Shown piece after piece: positions 1-9,253 of a DNA stretch of 64,000 nt (within the stretch, counting starts at the first letter, position 1; every line of letters begins with the position of its first letter). Location of the stretch: positions 132,121 to 196,120 of the forward strand of contig JBAXOB010000002.1 of NCBI GenBank assembly GCA_037133475.1, given 5' to 3'. The notes under the pieces are model-generated. The model was not told the origin of the DNA, made no database searches, and worked only from the letters and a program-made list of their open reading frames with translations. The position numbers were made by a program, and so were the translations under genes. The stretch is from Bacteroidota bacterium. GTDB lineage: Bacteria; Bacteroidota; Bacteroidia; Bacteroidales; FEN-979.

Positions 1-273
1 CTGACGGAATAAATGAGTGCGGGAATTTACAGCCATACAGGCAATATGAAGCATGTGAAACCGATGGAATACGGTTGCAAGCATATTGGAGAATCGGAGA
101 AAACACGGAGAAAACACGGAGAAAACCCCCGGAAACCTTTCACCACGCTTGCATGACGGCAACAGACCTCCTTTTAACGACGGGTACAGGGAGGGATACC
201 GCAACGGATGTATTGCGGAGATTTGAAAAGGCGCCCCCACCGGGGAAAAGGAGAGGTGCGGGTTGAAACCGGT

Positions 274-864
274 TCATATTACCTTCAGCTTTTGAATGTC
301 ATATTCCTTTTCTGTCTTATTCCCGGGTAAATCCATGGCACATACCCGGAATTGGCTCCCGGGCAATAACTGCACTGCACCGCCCAGGGGGCAATGATAA
401 CGGTTGCCGGGGAGTTGTTTTTCAGCCATGCAGGCCCATATCACCTGTCCGCCGGGGGCCAGGAAACTCACCGTCACCGCGATATCCGGAAGGATATCTT
501 TCGCGTCGATGACCAGTTCCAGGGAATGATCAACCATCCTGTGCAATTTCACCTCCGCAATTTCAGGAGGATGCAAAAAATCCATGATGGCAGCCTGCGA
601 GATTCCCATGTGCTTTTTATAGGGTCTGGTTTTCATTCTCTTCAGGAATCCCGAATAATAACCGGTCATTTGCGCATCATTTACCACCTCCCGGGCATAG
701 GCCACAGCCTTGCTGAAACGGCGAACCTGTTTCTGTTGCTTCTCCGACAGGTTCCTGCGCGACATGTCGGGGCGGCTCCTGATTATCCCGTCGCTCGTCA
801 GGACCACGTTACCAACCTTCCCGCTGCATTTCCTGACAATGACATTTTCTTCTGTGCGTGCCAT
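274..864 (-). CDS. hypothetical protein (196 aa)
   Basis: Longest coherent ORF here. The overlapping + strand ORF 394..879 has Arg/His/Gly-rich shadow composition. No motif I recognise. Confidence 0.55.
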   Translation of the reverse strand: MARTEENVIVRKCSGKVGNVVLTSDGIIRSRPDMSRRNLSEKQQKQVRRFSKAVAYAREVVNDAQMTGYYSGFLKRMKTRPYKKHMGISQAAIMDFLHPPEIAEVKLHRMVDHSLELVIDAKDILPDIAVTVSFLAPGGQVIWACMAEKQLPGNRYHCPLGGAVQLLPGSQFRVCAMDLPGNKTEKEYDIQKLKVI

Positions 865-1108
865 GATTATTTTTATTAATGACCCGGTGACTAACTGTAT
901 GAACTGCCCGGCACCTCGACCGGGCTCTATACTGGTTAATCGGTTTTACAGGCAAAAGGTAATGTGGAAAAGTGACTTTTTTTCAACAATTTTCATCACC
1001 CCCGTAAAAAACAGACCCGAAACATCTGGTTACCAGCAAAATGATGCTGTCTCGGCCTGTTCCACGAGAAAGGTCAAGCCTGCCCTTTGATTTCACCCCT
1101 CTTTTCAC

Positions 1109-1116
1109 TATCTTTG
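1109..1116 (+). promoter_or_regulatory. Bacteroidota -7 promoter box (tatctttg, TAnnTTTG)
   Basis: Exact match to the TAnnTTTG consensus, 30 nt upstream of ATG 1147. An AGGAGG Shine-Dalgarno-like sequence lies at 1136-1141. Confidence 0.45.
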
Positions 1117-1146
1117 TATTAATACTACTTTTGAAAGGAGGTTTGT

Positions 1147-1839
1147 ATGGAAAATCTACTGCGTGAATACATGGACCGTGCCTTTGCCGAACGGGGCACC
1201 ATTCCGCAATCGGGCCCGGGACCGGTGGTGACCCTCTCCCGCGAATTCGGCTGTCCGTCGAAACTCATCGCCCAGCAACTTACCGAGAAGCTGAACCATC
1301 ATGCCGGCGATGGACAACCCGGGATCTGGCGTTTCATCAGCAAGGAGGTGGTGGAGGCAACTGCCCGTCGCCTGGAACTGAATCCCAACGAGGTCAACTA
1401 CCTGATGAGTTCGGGAAACAAAGGAATCATCGGGGATGTACTGGCATCCTTTTCCCCCACCTACGTCAGCAACCTGCGGATGCGCAACACCATCAGGGCC
1501 GTGGTGAATTCCCTTGCCGGCCAGGGCCATGTGGTCATCGTGGGCAGAGGCGGGGTGGGCGTCCTGCAGCACCATCCCAACACCCTTCATGTCCGCCTGC
1601 TGGCGCCGCGTGAATGGCGGATCACACAGGTGTGCAAATCAAGGAACCTGAATACTTCTGAGGCCTCCCGCCTGGTCGATGAAATGGATAAGAAAAGGGC
1701 TTCCCTGATCGAACTGATGACAGGCGAAAAATTCAACCCCTGTCTCTTTGATATTACCATTAACTGCAGTTCACTATCTTTGGATGAAATTACCGGGACC
1801 ATCATGGGCCTTATGGAAACAAAAAAAATGACCGGATGA
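1147..1839 (+). CDS. cytidylate kinase-like family protein (degenerate P-loop)
   Basis: 230 aa. 'VVTLSREFGCPSKLIAQQLTEKL' and 'VVIVGRGGVGVL...LHVRLLAPREWRI' resemble the Cytidylate_kin2-type family. The stop overlaps the next start (ATGA). Confidence 0.7.
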   Translation: MENLLREYMDRAFAERGTIPQSGPGPVVTLSREFGCPSKLIAQQLTEKLNHHAGDGQPGIWRFISKEVVEATARRLELNPNEVNYLMSSGNKGIIGDVLASFSPTYVSNLRMRNTIRAVVNSLAGQGHVVIVGRGGVGVLQHHPNTLHVRLLAPREWRITQVCKSRNLNTSEASRLVDEMDKKRASLIELMTGEKFNPCLFDITINCSSLSLDEITGTIMGLMETKKMTG

Positions 1840-3203
1840 TAACTAAAACCTTACTACCCCTGCTGATCACACTTGTGATGGGATTTTCCCTCACCCTTAA
1901 TGCCCAGAAAACCTTCAGCCCCCAGCAAAAGGAGGCCCAATGTTCCCGTATCAGGGCGGCCTGCCACTACGCCTGGAACGGCTATAAAAAATATGCCAAA
2001 GGCTACGATGCCCTGCGCCCCGTCTCGAAAAAGGGCCAGAACTGGTATGGCGTCTCCTTCCTGATGACCCCGCTCGATGCCTTCGACACCTTTTACCTCC
2101 TCGGGATGAAGGAGGAGGCAAACGAAGCAAGGGAGATGGTGGCGGCCGGGCTGAACTTCAATGTCAACCAGGAGGTCCAGCTCTTCGAGGTCAACATCCG
2201 CCTGCTGGGCGGGCTTATCTCGGCCTATGAACTTTCGGGCGACAAGCGGATGATTGCCCTGGCCAAAGAACTTGGCATGCGGCTGCTGCCGGCCTTCAAA
2301 TCGCCGACCGGCATGCCCTGGCGCTATGTCAACCTGAGAACCGCCAAAACCCGCGATTCGATCAGCAACCCCGCCGAAATCGGGACCTACCTGCTCGAAT
2401 TCGGCAAACTTACCGCCTACACACACGACTCCGTCTATTACAGGACTGCCAAAAGGGCTGCTTTTGAGGTCTACCGGCGGCGCAGCGATATCGACCTGGT
2501 GGGAACCACCATCAACATCATCACCGGCGAGTGGAAAAACAGCGAAAGCCAGATCGGGGCCCGCATCGACTCCTACTACGAATACCTCTACAAGGCCTGG
2601 CTGCTGTTCGGCGATGCCGACTGCAAACAGGCCTGGGAGATCCACAATAAGGCGATTAAAAAGTACCTCCTCACCGAGGTGCCTTCGGGATCCTATTTCA
2701 CGCGTGTCGATATGCGGTCGGGCAAGGAGACCCATCCGCTGTATGGCGCCCTGGATGCCTTTTATGCAGGGGTGCTGGCCCTCTCGGGCGATACCGCCAC
2801 GGCAGCAAGGATCCAGAAGGGCAACTTCCACATGTGGACTACCTTCAACCTCGAACCGGAGGAGTTCAACTTCAGGAACGATTCGCTGCTCTACCCCGGA
2901 TACCCGCTCCGGCCCGAGAATATTGAAAGCTGCTTTTACCTCTACCGCACTACCCACAGCCAGCAATACCTGGTGATGGGACAGCGGATGATCCGCGACA
3001 TTCTCGAAAAATGCAAAACCGATGCCGGCTATGCCGAAATGAAAAATGTGAAAACCCTTGAAAAGACCGACTCGATGGAGAGTTTCTTCTTCGCCGAAAC
3101 CCTCAAATACAGCTACCTGCTCTTTGCCCCCGAAAACACCCTCGACCTCTCCAAAGTGGTCTTTAATACCGAGGCACATCCTTTAAAAATTATTCGTAAA
3201 TGA
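1836..3203 (+). CDS. glycoside hydrolase family 47 alpha-1,2-mannosidase, secreted
   Basis: 455 aa with an N-terminal signal peptide. GH47-like motifs: 'IRLLGGLISAYELSGD', 'RPENIESCFYLYRTT', 'AETLKYSYLLFAP'. Confidence 0.85.
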   Translation: MITKTLLPLLITLVMGFSLTLNAQKTFSPQQKEAQCSRIRAACHYAWNGYKKYAKGYDALRPVSKKGQNWYGVSFLMTPLDAFDTFYLLGMKEEANEAREMVAAGLNFNVNQEVQLFEVNIRLLGGLISAYELSGDKRMIALAKELGMRLLPAFKSPTGMPWRYVNLRTAKTRDSISNPAEIGTYLLEFGKLTAYTHDSVYYRTAKRAAFEVYRRRSDIDLVGTTINIITGEWKNSESQIGARIDSYYEYLYKAWLLFGDADCKQAWEIHNKAIKKYLLTEVPSGSYFTRVDMRSGKETHPLYGALDAFYAGVLALSGDTATAARIQKGNFHMWTTFNLEPEEFNFRNDSLLYPGYPLRPENIESCFYLYRTTHSQQYLVMGQRMIRDILEKCKTDAGYAEMKNVKTLEKTDSMESFFFAETLKYSYLLFAPENTLDLSKVVFNTEAHPLKIIRK

Positions 3204-3288
3204 TCTGAAATGGCTGGGAATTATAGTGATCCGGGTGTCGCGACGGAGAGTGGTGGTGGTGCACTGAGCAAGTTCCGTAAAAAATGAC

Positions 3289-3296
3289 TACCTTTG
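3289..3296 (+). promoter_or_regulatory. -7 promoter box (tacctttg)
   Basis: TAnnTTTG match 17 nt upstream of the TTG start at 3314. Confidence 0.45.
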
Positions 3297-3313
3297 CACA
3301 ATAATCCTATACT

Positions 3314-4510
3314 TTGACATTTCACGATTTTGATTTTGAGGCGCGTTTGCTTGAAGGCATTGATGCGCTGGGGTATGAAAACGCTACCCCAATCCAGGAA
3401 CAGGCTATCCCGGCTATCCTGGCAGGCAGGGACCTGATCGGTTCAGCCCAGACCGGCACCGGAAAAACGGCGGCATTCCTGCTGCCGATCATCCAGAAGA
3501 TCATCACGATACCGCATGATGATGCCATCAAGGCCCTGGTAATTGTACCCACGCGTGAACTCGCGCAGCAGATCGACCAGCATATGGAGGGGCTCTCCTA
3601 CTTCACCCCGGTGAGTTCCATCCCCGTCTATGGCGGTACCGACGGCGCCTCCTTTTCGAGGGAACGCCAGGCGCTTGCCAACGGGGCCGACATGGTCATC
3701 TGCACCCCCGGCAGGATGATCGCCCACCTGAACATGGGCTATGTGAACCTCTCCAAATTGCGCTACCTGATCCTCGATGAGGCCGACCGCATGCTCGACA
3801 TGGGCTTTTACGACGACATCCTGAAGATCATGTCGTTCGTTCCCAAGGAGCGCCAGACCCTCTGTTTTACCGCCACCATGCCCAAAGACATGCGCGAACT
3901 GGCCCGGAAGATCCTGCAGGATCCCGTGGAGATCAACATCGCCCCGTCAAAACCGGCCGAAAACATCCTGCAGATGGCCTACGTGGTTTATGACACCCAG
4001 AAAATACCCCTGGTCCAGTACCTGCTGAAGGATCTCAAATTAAGAAGTATCCTGATCTTCTGCTCCACCAAAAGCGCTACCAAACAGCTCAGCGCCTCGC
4101 TGAAGAAACTCAGGCTGAATGCCGAGGAGATCCATTCCGACCTCGACCAGTCGGAAAGGGAAAAGGTGCTGAACAAATTCAGGAGCAAGGAACTTAACAT
4201 CCTGGTGGCTACCGACATCGTCTCCCGCGGTATCGATATCGAAGATATCGACATGGTGATCAACTTCGACGTTCCCAACGACGGCGAGGACTATATACAC
4301 CGCATCGGCCGTACTGCCCGTGCCCAGGCCAAAGGGGCCGCCATCACCCTGATCAATGAAAAGGACCAGGGAAAATTCGCCACCATTGAAACCCTGCTGG
4401 GCAAATCCATCTATAAAGGCGCTATCCCCGTACAACTGGGAGAAGGCCCCGCCTTTGATCCGAAAAAACATAAAGGCGCTTTCCGTAAGGGTGGATTCAG
4501 GAAAAAATAA
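3314..4510 (+). CDS. DEAD-box ATP-dependent RNA helicase
   Basis: 398 aa. Q-motif 'TPIQ', Walker A 'AQTGTGKTAAF', 'LILDEADRMLDMGF', 'TAT', 'HRIGRTARA', basic C-tail. TTG start, with no in-frame ATG nearby. Confidence 0.9.
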   Translation: MTFHDFDFEARLLEGIDALGYENATPIQEQAIPAILAGRDLIGSAQTGTGKTAAFLLPIIQKIITIPHDDAIKALVIVPTRELAQQIDQHMEGLSYFTPVSSIPVYGGTDGASFSRERQALANGADMVICTPGRMIAHLNMGYVNLSKLRYLILDEADRMLDMGFYDDILKIMSFVPKERQTLCFTATMPKDMRELARKILQDPVEINIAPSKPAENILQMAYVVYDTQKIPLVQYLLKDLKLRSILIFCSTKSATKQLSASLKKLRLNAEEIHSDLDQSEREKVLNKFRSKELNILVATDIVSRGIDIEDIDMVINFDVPNDGEDYIHRIGRTARAQAKGAAITLINEKDQGKFATIETLLGKSIYKGAIPVQLGEGPAFDPKKHKGAFRKGGFRKK

Positions 4511-4561
4511 TGCTGAAAAATATTTTTTTTATTATTTGTTTGATGTTATAATTTTTATATC

Positions 4562-4569
4562 TACCTTTG
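4562..4569 (+). promoter_or_regulatory. -7 promoter box (tacctttg)
   Basis: TAnnTTTG match 29 nt upstream of ATG 4599. Confidence 0.45.
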
Positions 4570-4598
4570 CGGATATTATTTTTAATTCGATTATTATT

Positions 4599-4790
4599 AT
4601 GAAAAATGGAAAAGTAAAATTCTTTAATGAGTCAAAAGGATTTGGATTTATTATGGACTCCGAGACAGGCAAAGAATATTTCGTTCATGCCTCTGGTTTA
4701 ATTGACCGTATCCGGGAAAATGACGAAGTAACATTCGACCTGACCGAAGGTAAAAAAGGATTAAATGCTGTAAATGTTAAACTGGTATAA
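4599..4790 (+). CDS. cold-shock protein (CSD, 63 aa)
   Basis: 'MKNGKVKFFNESKGFGFI...EYFVHASGL' carries the RNP1/RNP2-type cold-shock motifs. I used the internal ATG of track ORF 4356..4790 because upstream of it the ORF is AT-rich leader. Confidence 0.9.
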   Translation: MKNGKVKFFNESKGFGFIMDSETGKEYFVHASGLIDRIRENDEVTFDLTEGKKGLNAVNVKLV

Positions 4791-4816
4791 GCTTAACCGA
4801 AAACGATTTTAATCTT

Positions 4817-4850
4817 AGAGGCTGTTTCACCATGTGAGGCAGCCTCTTTC
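4817..4850 (+). terminator. stem-loop terminator after the cold-shock gene
   Basis: agaggctgtttcac / gtgaggcagcctct forms a 14-nt stem with 2 mismatches and a 3-nt loop, followed by a T-rich tract (ttcgctttc). Confidence 0.6.
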
Positions 4851-4920
4851 GCTTTCAGCCCCCCCGGGGTTTTGAAAACCAGGCCAATGCCGACGGATCA
4901 GGAGCAGTTTCCGGGGGGAA

Positions 4921-5090
4921 ATGTAGCAATTCACATTTCATATTTCAAATTTCGCATTTTTGCCCACTTGTGAGATGTGAAATCTGATATCTGAAATCCG
5001 TTTGGAAATTTCACTTTTCACGTTTCATATTTCACATGTTTGCCCACTTGTGAGATGTGAAATCTGATATCTGAAATTCCCTTCCCCGAA
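4921..5090. repeat. two tandem ~80-bp units, each an inverted array of heptads (nnATTTC / nTGAnAT)
   Basis: An exact 39-bp duplicate (tttgcccacttgtgagatgtgaaatctgatatctgaaat) sits at 4959-4997 and 5039-5077. Each is preceded by 5 phased heptads ending in ATTTC (4926-4960 and 5006-5040). Confidence 0.85.
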
Positions 5091-5105
5091 AATTCCTCCT
5101 AGTGT

Positions 5106-6251
5106 TCAATGCCACCTGAAGATCTTCATGCCGGCGGCAAAAAAGACAACACCTACCGAGGAGAGGATGATAATGGGCATGGCCATCTCGGCAAAGCCTG
5201 CCCCTTCAATGAATATACTCCGGATCCCGTCGGCCATCATGGTCAGCGGGAATTTTTGTATGACCGGGATACTCCATTCCGGGAAGTTGTGATAGCTGAA
5301 AAATACACCCGAAAGCACCATCATCGGCATACTCAGTGCGTTGATCAGCCCGTTGCCGATCTCGGTCTTGGCCGTATGGGATGAGATAAATATCGAAATG
5401 CCGGCAAATGCGAAGTTTCCCGCAAGGAAAAGCGCCAGCAATGCCGCGGGATTTCCCTGGATGGTAATATGAAAAGCCAGGTATGCCGCCAGGAACAGGA
5501 GCCCGGCCTCGATAAAGTTCATCAGCACGCGAACGGTGATCAGGGCGACCAGGAAACTCGACCGCCGCATCGGCGTTGCCACCATCCTTCGCAACAGCTT
5601 CTTCGACCGGCGCTCAATAATAGCATAACTTACCCCCCACATGCACGACATCATCACGCCCATGGCAATCAGTCCGGGCACCAGGAAATCGATGTAACGC
5701 GTGCCATTTACGGTCAATGGGGCTACCTCCCGGTTGGTCTCCTGAACCACTGCTTCCCCGGAATGAAACAGCCGGTTCAATTTCAGGTAGGTGAGCTGGG
5801 CGTCAGGATTCATAGGGTCGAAATGGTATAGCACCTTCCCCTTTTGCTCCTCCAGGATCAGGTTTATGTTGCCGCGCTTAACCAGGATCATGGCCTGCTC
5901 CCATGCCATTCCCCTGAAAATAAAGGTGGTGTTGCCAAGTTTGTCGTCAGGAATTGTCAGCTTATATTCCGGGGAGCCCTCTTTTTCCTTTGGAGCCATG
6001 GCCTTTTTCGCCTGCAGGAAATGAACGATAACCGATGTGGTGTCTCCCGCCTTTTCCACGCCGGCTAGCGGCCTTGCAATGGCGATGACGGAAACGACAT
6101 CCTTTTTCTTGGTAAAGGCGATCCCCAGCCCGAGCGACATCAGGATCGGGAATACGATACCCCAGAAAAGCACTCCCGGCTCGCGGATCAGCTCCTTGAT
6201 ATTGGCCAGGATAAGCTGGTACAACTGGTTATTTGAGATGCGCTTAATCAT
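5106..6251 (-). CDS. ABC-2 type transporter permease
   Basis: 381 aa. One N-terminal TM, a large loop, then 5 C-terminal TMs, typical of ABC-2 permeases. The start overlaps the upstream ATPase stop by 8 nt. Confidence 0.8.
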   Translation of the reverse strand: MIKRISNNQLYQLILANIKELIREPGVLFWGIVFPILMSLGLGIAFTKKKDVVSVIAIARPLAGVEKAGDTTSVIVHFLQAKKAMAPKEKEGSPEYKLTIPDDKLGNTTFIFRGMAWEQAMILVKRGNINLILEEQKGKVLYHFDPMNPDAQLTYLKLNRLFHSGEAVVQETNREVAPLTVNGTRYIDFLVPGLIAMGVMMSCMWGVSYAIIERRSKKLLRRMVATPMRRSSFLVALITVRVLMNFIEAGLLFLAAYLAFHITIQGNPAALLALFLAGNFAFAGISIFISSHTAKTEIGNGLINALSMPMMVLSGVFFSYHNFPEWSIPVIQKFPLTMMADGIRSIFIEGAGFAEMAMPIIILSSVGVVFFAAGMKIFRWH

Positions 6252-7008
6252 GCAGGTGGCGGCCGGTTAGTGAGGTAAAAAGATCATCCAGCGTGATCGA
6301 CCTGGGTTCGACCGGTGTCAGCGGTATATCCCTGATTTCGCCCAGCAGGTTGGTAAGCGATCCCTCCTTGAGTATCTTCCCGTGATCGATGATCACGATG
6401 TAATCGCACAGCTGCTCGGCCTCCTCCATATAATGGGTCGTCAGGATCAGGGAGGTCTGCGATTCATCCTTGAGCTTTCGCAGGATGGACCATATCTCGC
6501 GGCGGGCATTGGGGTCCAGCCCGGTAGTGGGTTCATCGAGCAGCAGGATCTTCGGCTTGTTCAGCAGGGAGATGCCCAGGGCAAGCCTTTGACGCTGACC
6601 TCCCGAGAGGTTCACCACCCACGCCTTACGCTTTTCTTCCAGGGCGATGAGCCGTAGGACCTCTTCACACCGTTCGCTTCCGATCCCGAAAAAACTGGCA
6701 AAAAGCCGCAGTGTCTCCCAAACATTGAGTTTGTCGATAAAATGGGTCTCCTGCAGGGATAGCCCGATAATACGCCTTAGGTAATCTTCATTGCCCTTCC
6801 AGGTTTTACCCATGATGAAGATGTCGCCCTGGTCGGGTTCCTGGATTCCTTCGATCATCTCGACAAGGGTGGTTTTGCCTGCTCCGTTGGGCCCCAGCAG
6901 GGCTACAAACTGCCCGGGGGCGATCTTCAGGTCGATTCCCCTTACCGCCTGCACCGTCTTAAAGGACTTGTGTACATTGGATACTTCGATGACCAGGTTG
7001 GAATTCAT
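6244..7008 (-). CDS. ABC transporter ATP-binding protein
   Basis: 254 aa. Walker A 'GPNGAGKTT', signature 'LSGGQRQR', Walker B 'ILLLDEPTTGLD', H-loop 'LTTHYMEE'. Confidence 0.92.
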   Translation of the reverse strand: MNSNLVIEVSNVHKSFKTVQAVRGIDLKIAPGQFVALLGPNGAGKTTLVEMIEGIQEPDQGDIFIMGKTWKGNEDYLRRIIGLSLQETHFIDKLNVWETLRLFASFFGIGSERCEEVLRLIALEEKRKAWVVNLSGGQRQRLALGISLLNKPKILLLDEPTTGLDPNARREIWSILRKLKDESQTSLILTTHYMEEAEQLCDYIVIIDHGKILKEGSLTNLLGEIRDIPLTPVEPRSITLDDLFTSLTGRHLHD

Positions 7009-7091
7009 TGCGGGTGGTGAGGACTATTTGGTTTGGATGCAAAAGTACGTTATTCTATTATATGCAGGTAACTCCCGGGCCGCGCCCTGGA

Positions 7092-9023
7092 CTATGAGGA
7101 TGGCGGCTTCCAGCGGGCCTCCAGGATGCGGTAGGGGTAGTGGGTTACCATCTGGCGGGCGTTCGGGCAGGTAGTGCGGTGTATCTTGATGCCCTGCAGG
7201 ATGCTGACAAAGGCAAATATCGGGCTGCCGGGGGCAGGCTTGCAGCATTTGGCAAATTCATAATGAAGCGATTTGATCTGCGGATCGATGACCACGTAAT
7301 CCTCCTTGCCGGCCATGACACCCGAAATCCGCTCGGGAAAGGTCTCCTCTTTCACCGGTACCGGCGGTACTCCCGGCTCGGGCGCCAGCAGCGCCTTCTT
7401 GATCTTGCTCAGGTCGGCCCTGCCCTCTCCGAACCGCTGGTAGAGGTCAAGAATGCTGTCACATCCAAAATAGGCGACCAGCTTGTTGATCTGTAGATCC
7501 ACGAAGTCAAAACCCAGCTGGGTCATCTTGTTTTTGATGATCTCCTTGCCCACCTCCGACTCCTTGTAAGCCTCCATCTTCAGCGCATGCTTGATGCGGG
7601 CCAGGTTGCGCGGGCTCTTCACAATGTCGAGCCAGCCGGGATTGGGTTTCTGCGATTTCGAAGTAATGATCTTTACGGTATCGCCGTTCTCAAGGATATA
7701 TTTGAGCGGCACCATCTTCCCGTTTACGATTGCCCCGGTACAGGTGGAGCCGACCTCGGAATGGATCTCAAAAGCAAAATCGAGGATGGTATAACCTGCC
7801 TTGAGTTTTTTTAAATCGCCCTTGGGAGTAAAGATGAAGATCTCATCGGTGTACAGCTCTTTCTTCTCACGGCTGACCGATCGCTCCAGCGAACTGTGTG
7901 CGGTTTTTTCAAGCAATTCGCGGATGCCGGCGTACAGGTCGGCCTTAGCCTCTGTTTTACCTCCCGACTTATATTTCCAGTGGGCGGCAAATCCCTTCTC
8001 AGCCACCTCATCCATCCGCCTTGTGCGGATCTGCACCTCCACCCAGCGACCCTCGGGACCAATAACGGTTGTATGAAGCGACTCATAACCGGTTGTCTTC
8101 GGAAAGGAGATCCAGTCGCGCAACCGACGCGGGTTTGGCGTGTAAATATCGGTTACCAGCGAGTATATCTTCCAACAGTCGGCGGCATCATTTTCAACAT
8201 TGCGGTTAAGGATGATCCGGATGGCAAAAAGATCATACACTTTTTCAAAATCCACCTTCTGTGTGATCATCTTCCGGCGGATGGAGGGAATGGATTTTAC
8301 GCGGCTCTTCAACTCACAATCAAAGCCGTGTTCCGAAAGACGCTCCCGGATGGGCTGCATGAAATCTTCGGTATAATGGTCACGGTCGGCCTGGGTTTCA
8401 CGGAGTTTTTGTTCGATTAATGCATAGGTTCGCGGATCGAGGAACCGCATCACCCGCTCCTCCAGCTCGTTTTTTATCTTGTAAAGCCCAAGTCTGTGGG
8501 CAATAGGAATAAAAAGGGCCTGGGTTTCACCTGCAATCAGCTTCTGTTTTTCTTCAGGATAATCTGACAGATGACGCATATCGTACAGCCGCATCCCCAG
8601 CCGGATGAGCAGCACACGGATGTCGTCGGAGAGCGTTACCATCAGGCCAATAAAATTCTCCTTGTTGGTGTCGTACTTGGTGGTGTCGATCCGTTCGAGT
8701 TTGTGGATTCCCCCGATCAGCGCCAATACCTGCTTCCCGTAATCGGCCTCTATTTGTTCAGGAGTCAGTACACCCTTATCGACGACGTTTTTCAGCATCA
8801 CGCATTTTACCGACTCGCGCCCAAGTCCCATCTCCTCCAGGATAATCTGCGAGGTTTCCAGCACCATCCCGGCATATCCCGGCTCCTGGTCTCGTTCCGA
8901 CTGGTTCAGCATCACCGCGAAGGCCTTCCGCAACGTTGTTCTCACCCCCTGCAACTCCTCGTATTCGAGCAGCTGTTCAAGCGTAACTTCGGGATATTCC
9001 TCAATAGTACCGGTGTTCCTCAT
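7092..9023 (-). CDS. RelA/SpoT homologue, (p)ppGpp synthetase with degenerate hydrolase domain and no ACT/RRM domain
   Basis: 643 aa. Synthetase motifs 'RVKSIPSIRRKM', 'YESLHTTVIGPEGRWVEVQIRTRRMDEVAEKGFAAHWKYK'. TGS 'FTPKGDLKKLKAGYTILDFAFEIH'. CC/ZFD 'FAKCCKPAPGSPI...IHRTTCPN'. The HD position reads 'VMLKNVVDKG'. Confidence 0.88.
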   Translation of the reverse strand: MRNTGTIEEYPEVTLEQLLEYEELQGVRTTLRKAFAVMLNQSERDQEPGYAGMVLETSQIILEEMGLGRESVKCVMLKNVVDKGVLTPEQIEADYGKQVLALIGGIHKLERIDTTKYDTNKENFIGLMVTLSDDIRVLLIRLGMRLYDMRHLSDYPEEKQKLIAGETQALFIPIAHRLGLYKIKNELEERVMRFLDPRTYALIEQKLRETQADRDHYTEDFMQPIRERLSEHGFDCELKSRVKSIPSIRRKMITQKVDFEKVYDLFAIRIILNRNVENDAADCWKIYSLVTDIYTPNPRRLRDWISFPKTTGYESLHTTVIGPEGRWVEVQIRTRRMDEVAEKGFAAHWKYKSGGKTEAKADLYAGIRELLEKTAHSSLERSVSREKKELYTDEIFIFTPKGDLKKLKAGYTILDFAFEIHSEVGSTCTGAIVNGKMVPLKYILENGDTVKIITSKSQKPNPGWLDIVKSPRNLARIKHALKMEAYKESEVGKEIIKNKMTQLGFDFVDLQINKLVAYFGCDSILDLYQRFGEGRADLSKIKKALLAPEPGVPPVPVKEETFPERISGVMAGKEDYVVIDPQIKSLHYEFAKCCKPAPGSPIFAFVSILQGIKIHRTTCPNARQMVTHYPYRILEARWKPPSS

Positions 9024-9253
9024 CTTTGTTTATTTCTCCCTGTTCCTGCCCGTTTCTTTGATGATTGACATTCTGCATGTTAACCGTCAACAACAAAGAT
9101 CCGAAAGAGTTATTGCCGGCTTTATGCTGTTCCTGCCGGCCTGTCCCGTAAAGAACGCAAAAGTAGCCCGGATATTTCAGAAAAAGTTTGTGCAATTTAG
9201 AATTATTCTTAATTTAGTAGGCCAGAATTTTAACCGGCAATCTGAATCCACAA

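Noticed and set aside
75-266. 63-aa ORF and an 11-bp triple tandem repeat (cggagaaaaca x3, 95-127) at the left edge.
   Set aside because: The ORF is Arg/Thr/Gly-rich with no start context. The repeat is too short and isolated to interpret. The region is more likely the 3' flank or terminator region of gene 274..864.
1854-3179. Very long antisense ORFs opposite confidently assigned genes. Examples: 1854..3179(-), 11951..12916(-), 31561..32214(-), 34249..34905(-), 40971..41579(+), 47843..48706(+), 18931..19656(+), 21404..22282(+), 56193..57020(-).
   Set aside because: Each lies entirely inside a gene with strong family motifs on the other strand. Each also shows the Arg/Gly/His/Pro-rich, motif-free composition typical of shadow frames in moderately GC-rich DNA.
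4921-5090. Possible CRISPR array.
   Set aside because: There are only two repeat units, directly abutting with no unique spacers. The repeats are internally heptad-structured and no cas genes are nearby.
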